In this document: piece by piece, positions 1 to 8,327 of the stretch | Layout: each line of letters opens with the position of its first letter | Numbering within the stretch: position 1 is the first letter of the stretch | Assembly (NCBI GenBank): GCA_958371715.1 | Contig: CATXLW010000008.1 | Span: forward strand, 16,678 to 80,677 | Source: an uncultured Collinsella sp. | GTDB lineage: Bacteria > Actinomycetota > Coriobacteriia > Coriobacteriales > Coriobacteriaceae | Length of the DNA: 64,000 nt | Direction: 5' to 3' | Notes under the pieces: model-generated | What the model was told of the DNA's origin: nothing | What the model saw: only the letters and a program-made list of their open reading frames with translations | The model's database searches: none | Program-made: the position numbers and the translations under genes

Positions 1-636
1 CGACGAGATGATCGCGTACGCGCCAAAGTTGAAGTACGACTCGAGCGTGGTAGCAGCAGTCGAGTCGACCTTGACCTGCTCGATCTGGACCTCCGCGCGC
101 TTTGCGGCCGCGTGCTCGGCGGCCCTTGCGACGTCACCGTTGGAGGCAGCGGGTTCAAGCGCCGCCGCAGCGCCCGCGAGCGAGATCCAGCGCGAGGCCT
201 CGGCGGACGAAAGCGCCGCCGCCATGGTGCCGGAACCATAGGTCACGTCGAGCTTGGGCAGGGCCTCCCCCGCACGGGCGGCTGCAACAAGATCGTCCTC
301 AAACCCCTCCGGGATAAAGAACACGCAATCGGCACTGCCCTTGGCGCTGTTGCTCTTGGAGAGCGCGTCGGCAAGGTCGTATGTGTCGTCGCCGACGCCC
401 GTGACCAGGTCAAAGCGTGAGCCCAGGTGCTTGGTAAGCGCCCGCGAAAGGTCGCTATTGTCGCGGTCGACCACGATCACGTTGGTGTCGTAGGGCTTGT
501 ACTCGGTAAGCTGCGACGAGTTCCAGCTCACCGAAGCCGCGATGAATACGCCCATGAGCGAGATGAACACCGTATAGATGAGCAGGTAGAACGGGTGCGC
601 CAGCGCCATGCGAAGCGCGGTCTTAAAGGTGCTCAT
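1..636 (-). CDS. ABC-2 type transporter permease, 5' part (C-terminus lies beyond the left edge)
   Basis: Absent from the ORF track because it runs off the window. The reverse-strand ATG at 634-636 overlaps the end of 623-1810. Hand translation MSTFKTALRMALAHPFYLLIYTVFISLMGVFIAASVSW... gives one N-terminal TM helix followed by a long soluble loop, the same layout as the adjacent permease. It is the third gene of an ATPase-permease-permease operon. Confidence 0.55.
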   Translation of the reverse strand, partial: MSTFKTALRMALAHPFYLLIYTVFISLMGVFIAASVSWNSSQLTEYKPYDTNVIVVDRDNSDLSRALTKHLGSRFDLVTGVGDDTYDLADALSKSNSAKGSADCVFFIPEGFEDDLVAAARAGEALPKLDVTYGSGTMAAALSSAEASRWISLAGAAAALEPAASNGDVARAAEHAAAKRAEVQIEQVKVDSTAATTLESYFNFGAYAIISS

Positions 637-1810
637 AGCGGCTCCTTCCAAAGATCAGCGTAGCGGCGGCGACAAACACCAGGGCCATCAGGACGAGCGC
701 GCCGGCGCGAACAGCGAAGGGCCCCAGGTCCTCAAAGAAATACAGGCGATTGAACATGTCGCAGATGAGCTTGACGGGGTTGAGCCAGCACTCGACCGGA
801 CAAGCGCGGGCGACGTCGTCGGCAAGCGCCATCGCCGGCTCGCCGTAGAGGCCGGCGAACAGGGCGCACGTGGTGGCAAAGCCCGTGAGGATGCCCGACT
901 TGGATGCCTTGCCGCCCTTAACGGGAAGCGTGCCCACAAAAAGCCCCAGGCCCGTGGCGGCAAGCGCGGATGCAGCCCCGCCCAGCAGGCACAACCCCTC
1001 GCGCCCGCCAAAGTCGACGCCCACGACCAGGCGCACGTAGCCGATCGCAACCGCCATCGATGCAAAGGAAACCAGCCACGAGCCGACAAAAATGCCGGCC
1101 AGCGACGCCGTCTTGGAAAGACCGCCCACGCAGCGGCGCGCGCCAAGGCCCGACAGATTAGGCTGCAAATCGACGACGCTCAAGGCGGCAAACTCGGCAG
1201 ACATCATCGCGACCAGGCCAAAGAGCGCGTAGTAGTAGATGACCGTGCCATCGGGCGTGGCACGAGTCAGGCTCACGCGGCGGGTTCCGCCCTCGAGCGA
1301 CAGGGCGTGCGCAACCGCCGCCGGATCGGCGAGCGCCGCCGGGTTGTCCTGGGCAATCTGGCGCATGAGCTCGACATTTTGCGTATACGAGCTTGCCACC
1401 GTTTCAAGGATGCTGCGGTCGGTGAGCACCGACGAGGCGCGCGAGCTGTCGTAACTCGACAGCAGCGTGAGCCTGGGCGTGCCCGCGGCATCAACCGTAT
1501 AGATGCCCGCGACCTCGCCGGCCTTGAGCGCTTTGCGCGCGACAGCCAAGTCTTCGTACTCGCTCACATCGAGCAGCTGGTCGTCGCCTGCCTTGGCAAG
1601 CGAAGCTGCCACGTCCTTAAAGGTCGAGGCATCCCAGGCCTCGTCCGCCACGACGGCAACCGGCACCGGGTCGACCGTGCCGTCGGAGCTGAGGTTCGCA
1701 AACATAAACATGAACATCGTGGAAAGCGCAATAGGAAAGAGAGCGCCCCAGACCCACGTGCTCGGCCGGCGCAGCAGCGTCTTGACCGTGGTGATGATGG
1801 TGTTGAACAT
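623..1810 (-). CDS. ABC-2 type transporter permease
   Basis: 395-aa ORF with an N-terminal TM helix, a large extracytoplasmic loop and a C-terminal cluster of about 5 hydrophobic helices. It starts 10 nt downstream of the ABC ATPase gene. Confidence 0.7.
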   Translation of the reverse strand: MFNTIITTVKTLLRRPSTWVWGALFPIALSTMFMFMFANLSSDGTVDPVPVAVVADEAWDASTFKDVAASLAKAGDDQLLDVSEYEDLAVARKALKAGEVAGIYTVDAAGTPRLTLLSSYDSSRASSVLTDRSILETVASSYTQNVELMRQIAQDNPAALADPAAVAHALSLEGGTRRVSLTRATPDGTVIYYYALFGLVAMMSAEFAALSVVDLQPNLSGLGARRCVGGLSKTASLAGIFVGSWLVSFASMAVAIGYVRLVVGVDFGGREGLCLLGGAASALAATGLGLFVGTLPVKGGKASKSGILTGFATTCALFAGLYGEPAMALADDVARACPVECWLNPVKLICDMFNRLYFFEDLGPFAVRAGALVLMALVFVAAATLIFGRSRYEHL

Positions 1811-1819
1811 GGCCGCCCC

Positions 1820-2758
1820 CTAGTCGCGCAGCTCGCGGCCGGTGATCTCGAGGAACACGTCGTTGAGGGTCGGCGGTTCGGAATAGATGCGGCCGAGTGG
1901 CACGTCATGCGAGCGCAGCGCATCGAGAATGTCCGTCAGGTTGTGCGGGCTCGCTTCGCACGAAAACGTGAGCTGTCCCGCCGTTGCCGAAAGGTCCAGA
2001 ACGTGCGGCAGGCTTGCGACGGCACCGAGCGCCGCACTCGGAACCTCGCCGACCTCGATTACAATCTTCTCGCCCATCTGAATCATGCGCTTGAGCTCGT
2101 CGTTAGTGCCCTGCGCCAGCACGCGCCCACCGTCCATGATCATGATGCGGCTGCAGATCTGCTCGACTTCCTCCATGTAATGGCTGGTATACACCACCGT
2201 GGCGCCCTCGTCGCGCAGGCGGCAGATGCCCTCCAGGATGGCGTTGCGGCTTTGCGGGTCGACCGCCACCGTGGGTTCGTCAAAAAAGATGAGCTCGGGC
2301 TTGTGCGCGATACCGCAGGCAATGTTGAGACGACGCGCCAGGCCGCCCGAGAGCTTGCCGGGGCGGAACTTGGTAAAGTCGCCCAGGCCGACAAAGTCGA
2401 TCGCCTCGTCCACCAGCGCGCGGCGGCGCTTGCGGTCGTTGACGTAGAGACTGCAGAAATAGTCGATGTTCTCGCGCACGGTGAGCTCGTCGAACACCGC
2501 CACCTGCTGAGGCACCACACCGATGCGGCGCTTGAGGTCGTAGCGGGCGGGCGTCATGCGCTCGCCGAACAGCTCGATGGTGCCTTTGTCGTAGGCGAGC
2601 AGCTGCAGGATGCAGTTGATGGACGTGGTCTTGCCCGAGCCGTTGGGGCCCAGCAGGCCAAAGATCTCGCCGGGGGCGATACTCAGGTTAAAGTGGTCGA
2701 GCGCAATAAGGTCGTCGTAGCGCTTAACGAGGTTTTCGACGTGGACGATGTCTGTCAT
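1820..2758 (-). CDS. ABC transporter ATP-binding protein
   Basis: Walker A GPNGSGKTT, ABC signature LSGGLARR and Walker B LIFFDEPT. The ORF track gives 1820-2824, but the internal start MTDIVHVENLVKRY (ATG 2756-2758) matches typical ABC ATPase N-termini. Confidence 0.9.
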   Translation of the reverse strand: MTDIVHVENLVKRYDDLIALDHFNLSIAPGEIFGLLGPNGSGKTTSINCILQLLAYDKGTIELFGERMTPARYDLKRRIGVVPQQVAVFDELTVRENIDYFCSLYVNDRKRRRALVDEAIDFVGLGDFTKFRPGKLSGGLARRLNIACGIAHKPELIFFDEPTVAVDPQSRNAILEGICRLRDEGATVVYTSHYMEEVEQICSRIMIMDGGRVLAQGTNDELKRMIQMGEKIVIEVGEVPSAALGAVASLPHVLDLSATAGQLTFSCEASPHNLTDILDALRSHDVPLGRIYSEPPTLNDVFLEITGRELRD

Positions 2759-2844
2759 GAGGCGGCCCTTCTGTTGCTTGCGGCCCGGTACGATTGCATC
2801 ATCGCAGGAGCTGACGGCGCGCACCAGTGAGCTTTGTCACGAGT

Positions 2845-2883
2845 GCGGGGCGGTCGCGTAGCCTGCTGACGCGACCGCCCCGC
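2845..2883. promoter_or_regulatory. 14-bp perfect inverted repeat (GCGGGGCGGTCGCG / CGCGACCGCCCCGC, 11-nt loop) in the divergent promoter region
   Basis: Read directly from the sequence. It lies between the ABC operon start (2758) and the kinase start (2955). No upstream gene needs a terminator here, so an operator or structural role is more likely. Confidence 0.3.
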
Positions 2884-2954
2884 CGCGTGGGAGGAATGTC
2901 ACGGTTGCCCCGGGCGGCGCCTCCCCCGCGCGCGGCTTCGCGTACAATACCCGT

Positions 2955-4100
2955 ATGAACAGGCTTTTCGACAAATCGATCGTGCTGGCGTGCTGCATTG
3001 CGGCCGCCACGGGCCTTGCTGTGGACGCTCGCCTGGTCGCGGCGTTTTGCCTTGGCGTTATTGCCACCTCGCTGGCCGAGCTCGCACAGAAGGAACGCAC
3101 GAGCCGCACAAGCGAGGCCGCGAGCTACGCTTACATCATCGCGGCTGTCTTCGTGCCGCCGTTTGTGCCGTTTGCGCCCCTCGCCCTCTATGACATCGCG
3201 CGGCGTGTGCGCCGTGAACGCGTTTGGGTCGCGCTGGGCATTGGCGTCGCCTTTGTCTTTGCACTCGTCGCGGACCTTCGCGCCGACGCGCTTGCCGCTC
3301 GAACGCTCCTGCTGACCGCCATCCTTTCAGTCGCCGCCACCCTACTGTCACTGCGTACCGCCCAGTTGGAGCGCGAGCAGCAGCGCATGCGCCGCATCCG
3401 CGACGAGCTGCAGGAACGAGCCCTCGCGCTCGAAGCGCGCAACCGTGACCTTGCCGACCGCCAGGACTACGAAGTCGAGCTCGCGACACTCGCCGAACGC
3501 GCCCGCATCGCGCGCGAGATCCACGATAGCGTTGGCCACCAACTTACACGTGCCTCGCTGCAGACCGAGGCCCTGCGCGTCGTGCACGCCGACGAGCCCA
3601 GGGTTGCCGCCGATTTCGCCGACGTCAAGCACACCGTTGACGAGGCGCTCCAACTTGTGCGCGCCAGCGTCCACGCGCTCAATGACACTGCCGCCGACCT
3701 CTCCGTACAGCTCGAGTGCATCGTGGAAGGCGCGTGCTCAGATGGCGGCCCGCAGATTGAGCTTGAGGTTTTGGCCGAGCATGCGCCCGCCAACATCACC
3801 AACTGCTTTGCGGCGGTCCTGCGCGAGGCGCTCTCCAACACCATACGCCACGCCCGCGCGCAAAACGTTGTTGTGCGATGCTTGGAGCATCCATCGTTTT
3901 ACCAGCTCATCGTTACCGACGATGGCACGGGCGGGACCCAGACGGGCGGTCGCGGCATCGCCGAGGGCATGGGGCTCGGCTCCATGCGCGAGCGCGTCGA
4001 GGCGCTTGGCGGCACCTTCACCGCCGGCCCGCGCGCCGGCGCCGGCGGCTGGCGTGTGTTTGCCACCGTTCCCAAACAGCAAGGAGATGAGGCCCGATGA
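2955..4100 (+). CDS. Sensor histidine kinase, NarL/DesK-type (HisKA_3 + HATPase)
   Basis: N-terminal hydrophobic helices, H-box EIHDSVGHQLT, and ATPase boxes LREALSNTIRHA, DDGTG and GMGLGSMRERV. TACAAT at 2944-2949 sits only 5 nt upstream of the ATG, so the transcript may be leaderless. Confidence 0.85.
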   Translation: MNRLFDKSIVLACCIAAATGLAVDARLVAAFCLGVIATSLAELAQKERTSRTSEAASYAYIIAAVFVPPFVPFAPLALYDIARRVRRERVWVALGIGVAFVFALVADLRADALAARTLLLTAILSVAATLLSLRTAQLEREQQRMRRIRDELQERALALEARNRDLADRQDYEVELATLAERARIAREIHDSVGHQLTRASLQTEALRVVHADEPRVAADFADVKHTVDEALQLVRASVHALNDTAADLSVQLECIVEGACSDGGPQIELEVLAEHAPANITNCFAAVLREALSNTIRHARAQNVVVRCLEHPSFYQLIVTDDGTGGTQTGGRGIAEGMGLGSMRERVEALGGTFTAGPRAGAGGWRVFATVPKQQGDEAR

Positions 4101-4726
4101 GGCTCATAGTTGTCGACGACGACCGTTTGGTGGTCGATTCGCTCAAGATTATCCTGGGCGCACAGCCGCAGATCGAGGTGGTGGGTACCGGCGCCAATGG
4201 CGACGACGCGGTCGCGCTCTACGCCGAGCACGCGCCCGATATCGCGCTACTCGACATCCAGATGCCGGGGCGCGACGGCCTTTCGGCGGCACGCGAGATC
4301 CTCGAGCGCGACCCTGCGGCGCGCGTGGTGTTTCTGACAACATTCTCGGATGACGAGTACATTGTGTCGGCGCTCAAACTGGGCGCCCGCGGCTACCTGA
4401 TCAAAACCGATGTCGCCGCCATTCCACCGGCACTGGCGCAGGTCATGGACGGCAAACGCGTGCTCGAGGGCAAGGCGATCGAGGACATCGATTTTGACGG
4501 GACAGGCGCCGATGCCAGCACGCCTCGCCGACCCGCCGCCTTTGCCAGCCTGACCGACCGTGAGTTCGAAGTCGCCGAGCTCATCGCCCGCGGCCTCGAT
4601 AACAAGGAGATTGCCGCCGCCGCTTACATGGGCGAAGGCACCGTACGCAACCACATCAGCTCGATCCTTGCCAAAATGGGCCTACGCAACCGCACGCAGA
4701 TCGCCATCGCCTACCTGCGAGGGTAA
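4097..4726 (+). CDS. Response regulator, NarL/LuxR family
   Basis: Receiver motifs VVDDD and LLDIQMPGRDG. C-terminal GerE-type HTH LTDREFEVAELIARGLDNKEIA...TVRNHISSILAKMG. The ATGA start/stop overlaps the kinase gene. Confidence 0.9.
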   Translation: MRLIVVDDDRLVVDSLKIILGAQPQIEVVGTGANGDDAVALYAEHAPDIALLDIQMPGRDGLSAAREILERDPAARVVFLTTFSDDEYIVSALKLGARGYLIKTDVAAIPPALAQVMDGKRVLEGKAIEDIDFDGTGADASTPRRPAAFASLTDREFEVAELIARGLDNKEIAAAAYMGEGTVRNHISSILAKMGLRNRTQIAIAYLRG

Positions 4727-4786
4727 TTGCCCAACAACCGACCACCCCGGCATAGCAAAATGGCTGCTATCGATTTAATGCCATTT

Positions 4787-4939
4787 CAAAACTATGCCGG
4801 TTTACTACGATGAATCGCCCACCTTCGACCACGGCAAATTGCACGCTTCCAAAACCGCAGGTAGAACGCTTGCGATATTTAGAAAAATGCAGTCATGGTC
4901 GGGAATGTCGAGTTCATCGTAGTAAACCGGCATAGTTTT
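4787..4939. repeat. Type-A long-hairpin intergenic repeat (termini AAAACTATGCCGGTTTAC / GTAAACCGGCATAGTTTT)
   Basis: 18-bp terminal inverted repeat extended by self-complementary arms (TACGATGAA...TTCATCGTA). It has the internal core AAAACCGCAGGTAGA...CATGGTCGGG. Related copies are at 5285-5437 and 52967-53118. Confidence 0.8.
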
Positions 4940-4959
4940 GTTCGGGCGGCCCTGCGCGA

Positions 4960-5025
4960 GTGCCTCCGCAAGCCTTGCGAGACCAAAATGATCTGCTTTC
5001 TTCCGCCCGCGGAGATCGGCTGACG
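4960..5025. repeat. Type-C short repeat module
   Basis: CCTTGCGAGACCAAAATGATCTGCTTTCTTCCGCCCGCGGAGATCGGCTGA. Related copies are at 5208-5265 and, in reverse orientation, at 52637-52688 and 52874-52935. Confidence 0.6.
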
Positions 5026-5030
5026 GCGCC

Positions 5031-5192
5031 CGCCACGAAATGGGCCCATCTACTACGTTTGACCCGATACCCCTGACCATAGCCGCGTTTCTTCAAAAAT
5101 CGCTGGCTTTCTACCTGCGTTTTTCATTTCACATTACTTGCGGTGGTCGTGGGCTGCCGCATAAACATAGTAGTTGGGCCCATTTCGTGGCA
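5031..5192. repeat. Type-B long-hairpin intergenic repeat (termini CGCCACGAAATGGGCCCATCTACTACG / inverted)
   Basis: ~27-bp terminal inverted repeat. It shares the CGCAGGTAGAAAGCC...GCGG.(C/T)ATGGTC.GGGG core with type A, here on the reverse strand. A second copy is at 52704-52867. Confidence 0.8.
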
Positions 5193-5207
5193 GACGGGTC
5201 ACGCGGC

Positions 5208-5265
5208 AGCCCTCGCAAGGCAAAAATGATCCGTTTCCCTCTGTCCACGGGAGATCAAAGGCTGT
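5208..5265. repeat. Type-C short repeat module
   Basis: CCCTCGCAAGGCAAAAATGATCCGTTTCCCTCTGTCCACGGGAGATCAAAGGCTG aligns by eye with 4960-5025. Confidence 0.6.
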
Positions 5266-5284
5266 TACTGATATGGTGCCATTT

Positions 5285-5437
5285 CAGAACTATGCCGGTT
5301 TACGGGGCTAAAGTCGGAGCCCTCATCCATACCCCCTATTTTTGAAAAACAGCAAGTAGTCTACCTGCGGTTTTATTATCTTGGTTTTCGATATGGTCGG
5401 AGGTTCGCTATCCAGTCCCGTAATCCGGCATAGTTTT
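5285..5437. repeat. Type-A long-hairpin intergenic repeat (core on reverse strand)
   Basis: Termini AGAACTATGCCGGTTTACGGGGCT ... CCCGTAATCCGGCATAGTTTT, with internal CTACCTGCGGTTTT. Confidence 0.75.
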
Positions 5438-5535
5438 GTTCGCAGCGGCACAACCGCGCGCTCACGCGCGGGGCCGGCGGGGCATTTTTGCCCCGCCGGC
5501 CCCTATTCCAGCGCTATACCAGCCCCATTCCAGCG

Positions 5536-5877
5536 CTACTCCGGCTTGGTTTCTACCGTGGGGGTCTTGTCCGCCGCAACCGGAGTACGGGCGGTGTCCA
5601 TAGTCAGGCAGTGCTTGGGGCAGCTTTCGATGCACTCGCCGCACACCACGCAGGCGTACGGGTCAATCGACCAGGTACCGCCCTTGCGATCGACCGCGAG
5701 CGCGCCCGCCGGACAACGCCGAGCGCACATGCCGCAGCAGATGCACACATCCATGTCATTGACGATATGCCCGCGCAAGCGCTCGGGTGCCGTCAGCCCC
5801 TCCTGCGGATAGCACACCGTTACCGGCTGCTTGACCATAGAACCCAAGGCCGTCTTGGCAAATGTCAGCAAACTCAT
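5536..5877 (-). CDS. echF: Ech/NuoI-like 2x[4Fe-4S] ferredoxin subunit of a group-4 [NiFe]-hydrogenase
   Basis: Two CxxCxxCxxxCP motifs (CICCGMCARRCP and CVVCGECIESCP). It is the last gene of the hydrogenase operon. Confidence 0.8.
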   Translation of the reverse strand: MSLLTFAKTALGSMVKQPVTVCYPQEGLTAPERLRGHIVNDMDVCICCGMCARRCPAGALAVDRKGGTWSIDPYACVVCGECIESCPKHCLTMDTARTPVAADKTPTVETKPE

Positions 5878-5884
5878 GCCGCGC

Positions 5885-6973
5885 CTACCTTTCCGTGCAG
5901 CTAATGCAGGGGTCGATGGTCAGGATAATCATGGGCACGTTGGCAATGAGCACGCCCTGCAGCGCATGCGTCAGACCCGCCAGATTTTGCGACGTCGGCG
6001 TGCGCACGCGAAAACGGTCCAAGTTCTTGGTGCCGTTGCCGCGCACATAGTAATACGCCTCGCCGCGCGGCTGCTCAATCACAACCTCGCCGCGTGCGCC
6101 GTCGGCCGGCGTAAGCTTGGCGCGCCCGCCGATCCCGTCGTGCGGAATCTTGCCCACAAGCTCCTTGATGATGTCCATGGCCTGCGTGACCTCGGCACAG
6201 CGCACCTGGCAGCGGGCATAGCAATCGCCATCGGTGGCGACAACCGGCTCAAACGCAGCCAGGTCCGCATAGGCACCGTCGCTAAACATGCGCACGTCGT
6301 AGTCCACGCCCGAGGCGCGCCCAAACGGGCCGACCATCGACAGATCCAGCGCGTCCTTCTTGCTGATCACGCCCACGCCATGCAGGCGCTCGCCACAGCT
6401 GACGTCGTCCAAAAACGTATGCACCAGGGCCTCGTAGTCGGGACGCATGGCATCGAGCGTCTGGACAATGCCAGCCAGCTCGGAGTCCTCAATGTCGTGC
6501 TTTAGGCCGCCGATCTCGTTAATCGAAAGGATCACGCGGCCACCGCACGTGCTCTCGAAGATCTTGAGAATCTGCTCGCGCAGGGTCCACGACCGATAGA
6601 ACAGCGCCTCGAAGCCAAAGGCATCGGCGAGCAGGCCCAGCCACAGCAGGTGCGAGTGGATGCGCGAAAGCTCGTGCAAAATAGTGCGGATATACTGCAC
6701 GCGGCCGGGCACCTCGATGTCGAGCATGCGCTCGCAGGCGCTGGCATAGCCGTAGCTGTGGCCCACGGCGCAAATGCCGCAGATGCGCTCGGCGATGTAG
6801 CCAAACTGGTGCATGTCGCGCTTTTCGGTGAGCTTCTCGAGTCCGCGGTGCACAAAGCCGATCTGCGGAATTGCCTCGATGACGCGGTCGTCCTCGATCA
6901 CCAGGTCCAGATGAAGCGGCTCGGGCAGCACCGGGTGCTGCGGGCCAAACGGAATTACGGAGCGATGAGCCAT
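5885..6973 (-). CDS. echE: [NiFe]-hydrogenase large subunit, group 4 (EchE/NuoD-like)
   Basis: N-terminal ligand motif RICGICAVGHS and C-terminal DPCISCTER. The 362-aa size is typical of Ech-type large subunits. Confidence 0.9.
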   Translation of the reverse strand: MAHRSVIPFGPQHPVLPEPLHLDLVIEDDRVIEAIPQIGFVHRGLEKLTEKRDMHQFGYIAERICGICAVGHSYGYASACERMLDIEVPGRVQYIRTILHELSRIHSHLLWLGLLADAFGFEALFYRSWTLREQILKIFESTCGGRVILSINEIGGLKHDIEDSELAGIVQTLDAMRPDYEALVHTFLDDVSCGERLHGVGVISKKDALDLSMVGPFGRASGVDYDVRMFSDGAYADLAAFEPVVATDGDCYARCQVRCAEVTQAMDIIKELVGKIPHDGIGGRAKLTPADGARGEVVIEQPRGEAYYYVRGNGTKNLDRFRVRTPTSQNLAGLTHALQGVLIANVPMIILTIDPCISCTER

Positions 6974-6978
6974 GGACC

Positions 6979-7698
6979 TTACGCCTCCTTTTTCTGCTTG
7001 TCGCGGGCGGCCTTGGCGGCAAGCGCCGCACGGACCTTGGCCGCTTTCTCGGGATCCATGGCGGCGAGCTTTGCCTCCATCTCGGCGGCCTTGAGCGCGG
7101 CCTTCGCAGCGGCATCGTCATGCTGGGCATCGGAGCCGGCAGCAGCAGCGGGCTGAGCAGCGGCGGCGCCCGCGGCATCACCAGCGCCCGCGGCACCCTC
7201 CCCCGCAGCAGCCGCAGCCGCGGCGGCCTTCTCGGCCGCGGCCTTGCGCGCCTTGGCCTCGGCGGCCGCGCGGACTTTCATGGCCTTCTCGCGCGCAGCC
7301 TTCACCTCGGGCGTGATGACGCTCATGGGTTCGGCAGTCGAGACCTGGTAGAAAAAGCCCTTAAAGTCGATCTGCATGTCGGTGATGGCAAGACCAAACA
7401 GGTCGTGGGCCTCATTTTCAAACGGGAACACCGCGGGGTAATACGAGCTGATGGACGGAATCTCCTGGTACTGGTCGATGCCCTCGACCACCAGGTTCTC
7501 GATCGCATAGCTGCCGTCCTGCGCAATATGCTCCTGAGCAGCACGGACGTTGATAAACGTATAGACCAAGCGATACGAGCCGTCGTCGACGTTGCGCTCG
7601 GCATGCATTTGCACAAAGCGCGCGCCGACGCCCTTGAGCGCCTGGACATGCGACAGGAGCTTGTCGATCCCGACGGTGGTATAGATAGCCTTTTGCAT
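6979..7698 (-). CDS. echD: NuoC/EchD-like subunit with a ~100-aa Ala/Lys/Glu-rich C-terminal tail
   Basis: 30-kDa-subunit-like core (...YYPAVFPFENEAHDLFG...) followed by AAREKAMKVRAAAEAKARKAAAEKAAAAAAAAGEG.... The start overlaps the stop of the NuoB-like gene by 1 nt. Confidence 0.7.
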   Translation of the reverse strand: MQKAIYTTVGIDKLLSHVQALKGVGARFVQMHAERNVDDGSYRLVYTFINVRAAQEHIAQDGSYAIENLVVEGIDQYQEIPSISSYYPAVFPFENEAHDLFGLAITDMQIDFKGFFYQVSTAEPMSVITPEVKAAREKAMKVRAAAEAKARKAAAEKAAAAAAAAGEGAAGAGDAAGAAAAQPAAAAGSDAQHDDAAAKAALKAAEMEAKLAAMDPEKAAKVRAALAAKAARDKQKKEA

Positions 7699-8315
7699 TA
7701 CTCGGCCTCCTTTGCAGCGGCGGGCGTCTCAGCAGGTGCGTCGCCAGCGGCGGGCGCAGCAGGCTTCCCGGCAGGCGCGTCACCGGCACCGTCAGTCCCG
7801 GCCCCCGCAGCCACAAACCCGTCCTCGCCCAGCTCAACGCCACCGTCCCAGGTAGCGGCACCGCCCACGGTGAGCGGATCGCCACCGGCGCGCAACACGG
7901 TCTCCTTCTGGTCCAGGATGCCGCACGCCTCCACGATGGCATCGATCACCGTCTCGGGGCGAATGGCGCACCCGGGCGCGTACACGTCCACGGGAATCGC
8001 GCGGTCCACGCCGCCGATCACGTTGTAGGCATCGCGGAATACGCCGCCCGAGCATGCGCAGATACCGCAGGCCACCACGCACTTGGGCTCGAGCATCTGG
8101 TTGTAAATCTGACGCACGACGGGCAGGTTCTGGGCATTGACCGACCCCGTCACCAAAAAGATATCCGCATGCTTGGGGTTGCCGGTGTTGACCACGCCAA
8201 AGCGCTCCGCATCGAACAGCGGCGTGAGCGAGGCCAGCACCTCGATATCGCATCCGTTGCAGCTCGAGCCGTCGTAATGAATAACCCACGGCGAGCGCGA
8301 CATTTTATGATCCAT
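7698..8315 (-). CDS. echC: NuoB/EchC-like hydrogenase small subunit with an Ala/Pro/Gly-rich C-terminal tail
   Basis: FeS-cluster motifs CNGCDIE, GICACSGG and PGCAIRPE. The last ~65 aa are low-complexity (AGAGTDGAGDAPAGKPAAPAAGDAPAETPAAAKEAE). Confidence 0.85.
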   Translation of the reverse strand: MDHKMSRSPWVIHYDGSSCNGCDIEVLASLTPLFDAERFGVVNTGNPKHADIFLVTGSVNAQNLPVVRQIYNQMLEPKCVVACGICACSGGVFRDAYNVIGGVDRAIPVDVYAPGCAIRPETVIDAIVEACGILDQKETVLRAGGDPLTVGGAATWDGGVELGEDGFVAAGAGTDGAGDAPAGKPAAPAAGDAPAETPAAAKEAE

Positions 8316-8327
8316 GGATGCCGCCTC

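Noticed and set aside
608-2830. 740-aa ORF on the + strand
   Set aside because: It is antisense to the ABC permease and ATPase genes, which carry clear motifs. The product is Arg/Ala/Gly-rich with no motifs, a typical high-GC shadow ORF.
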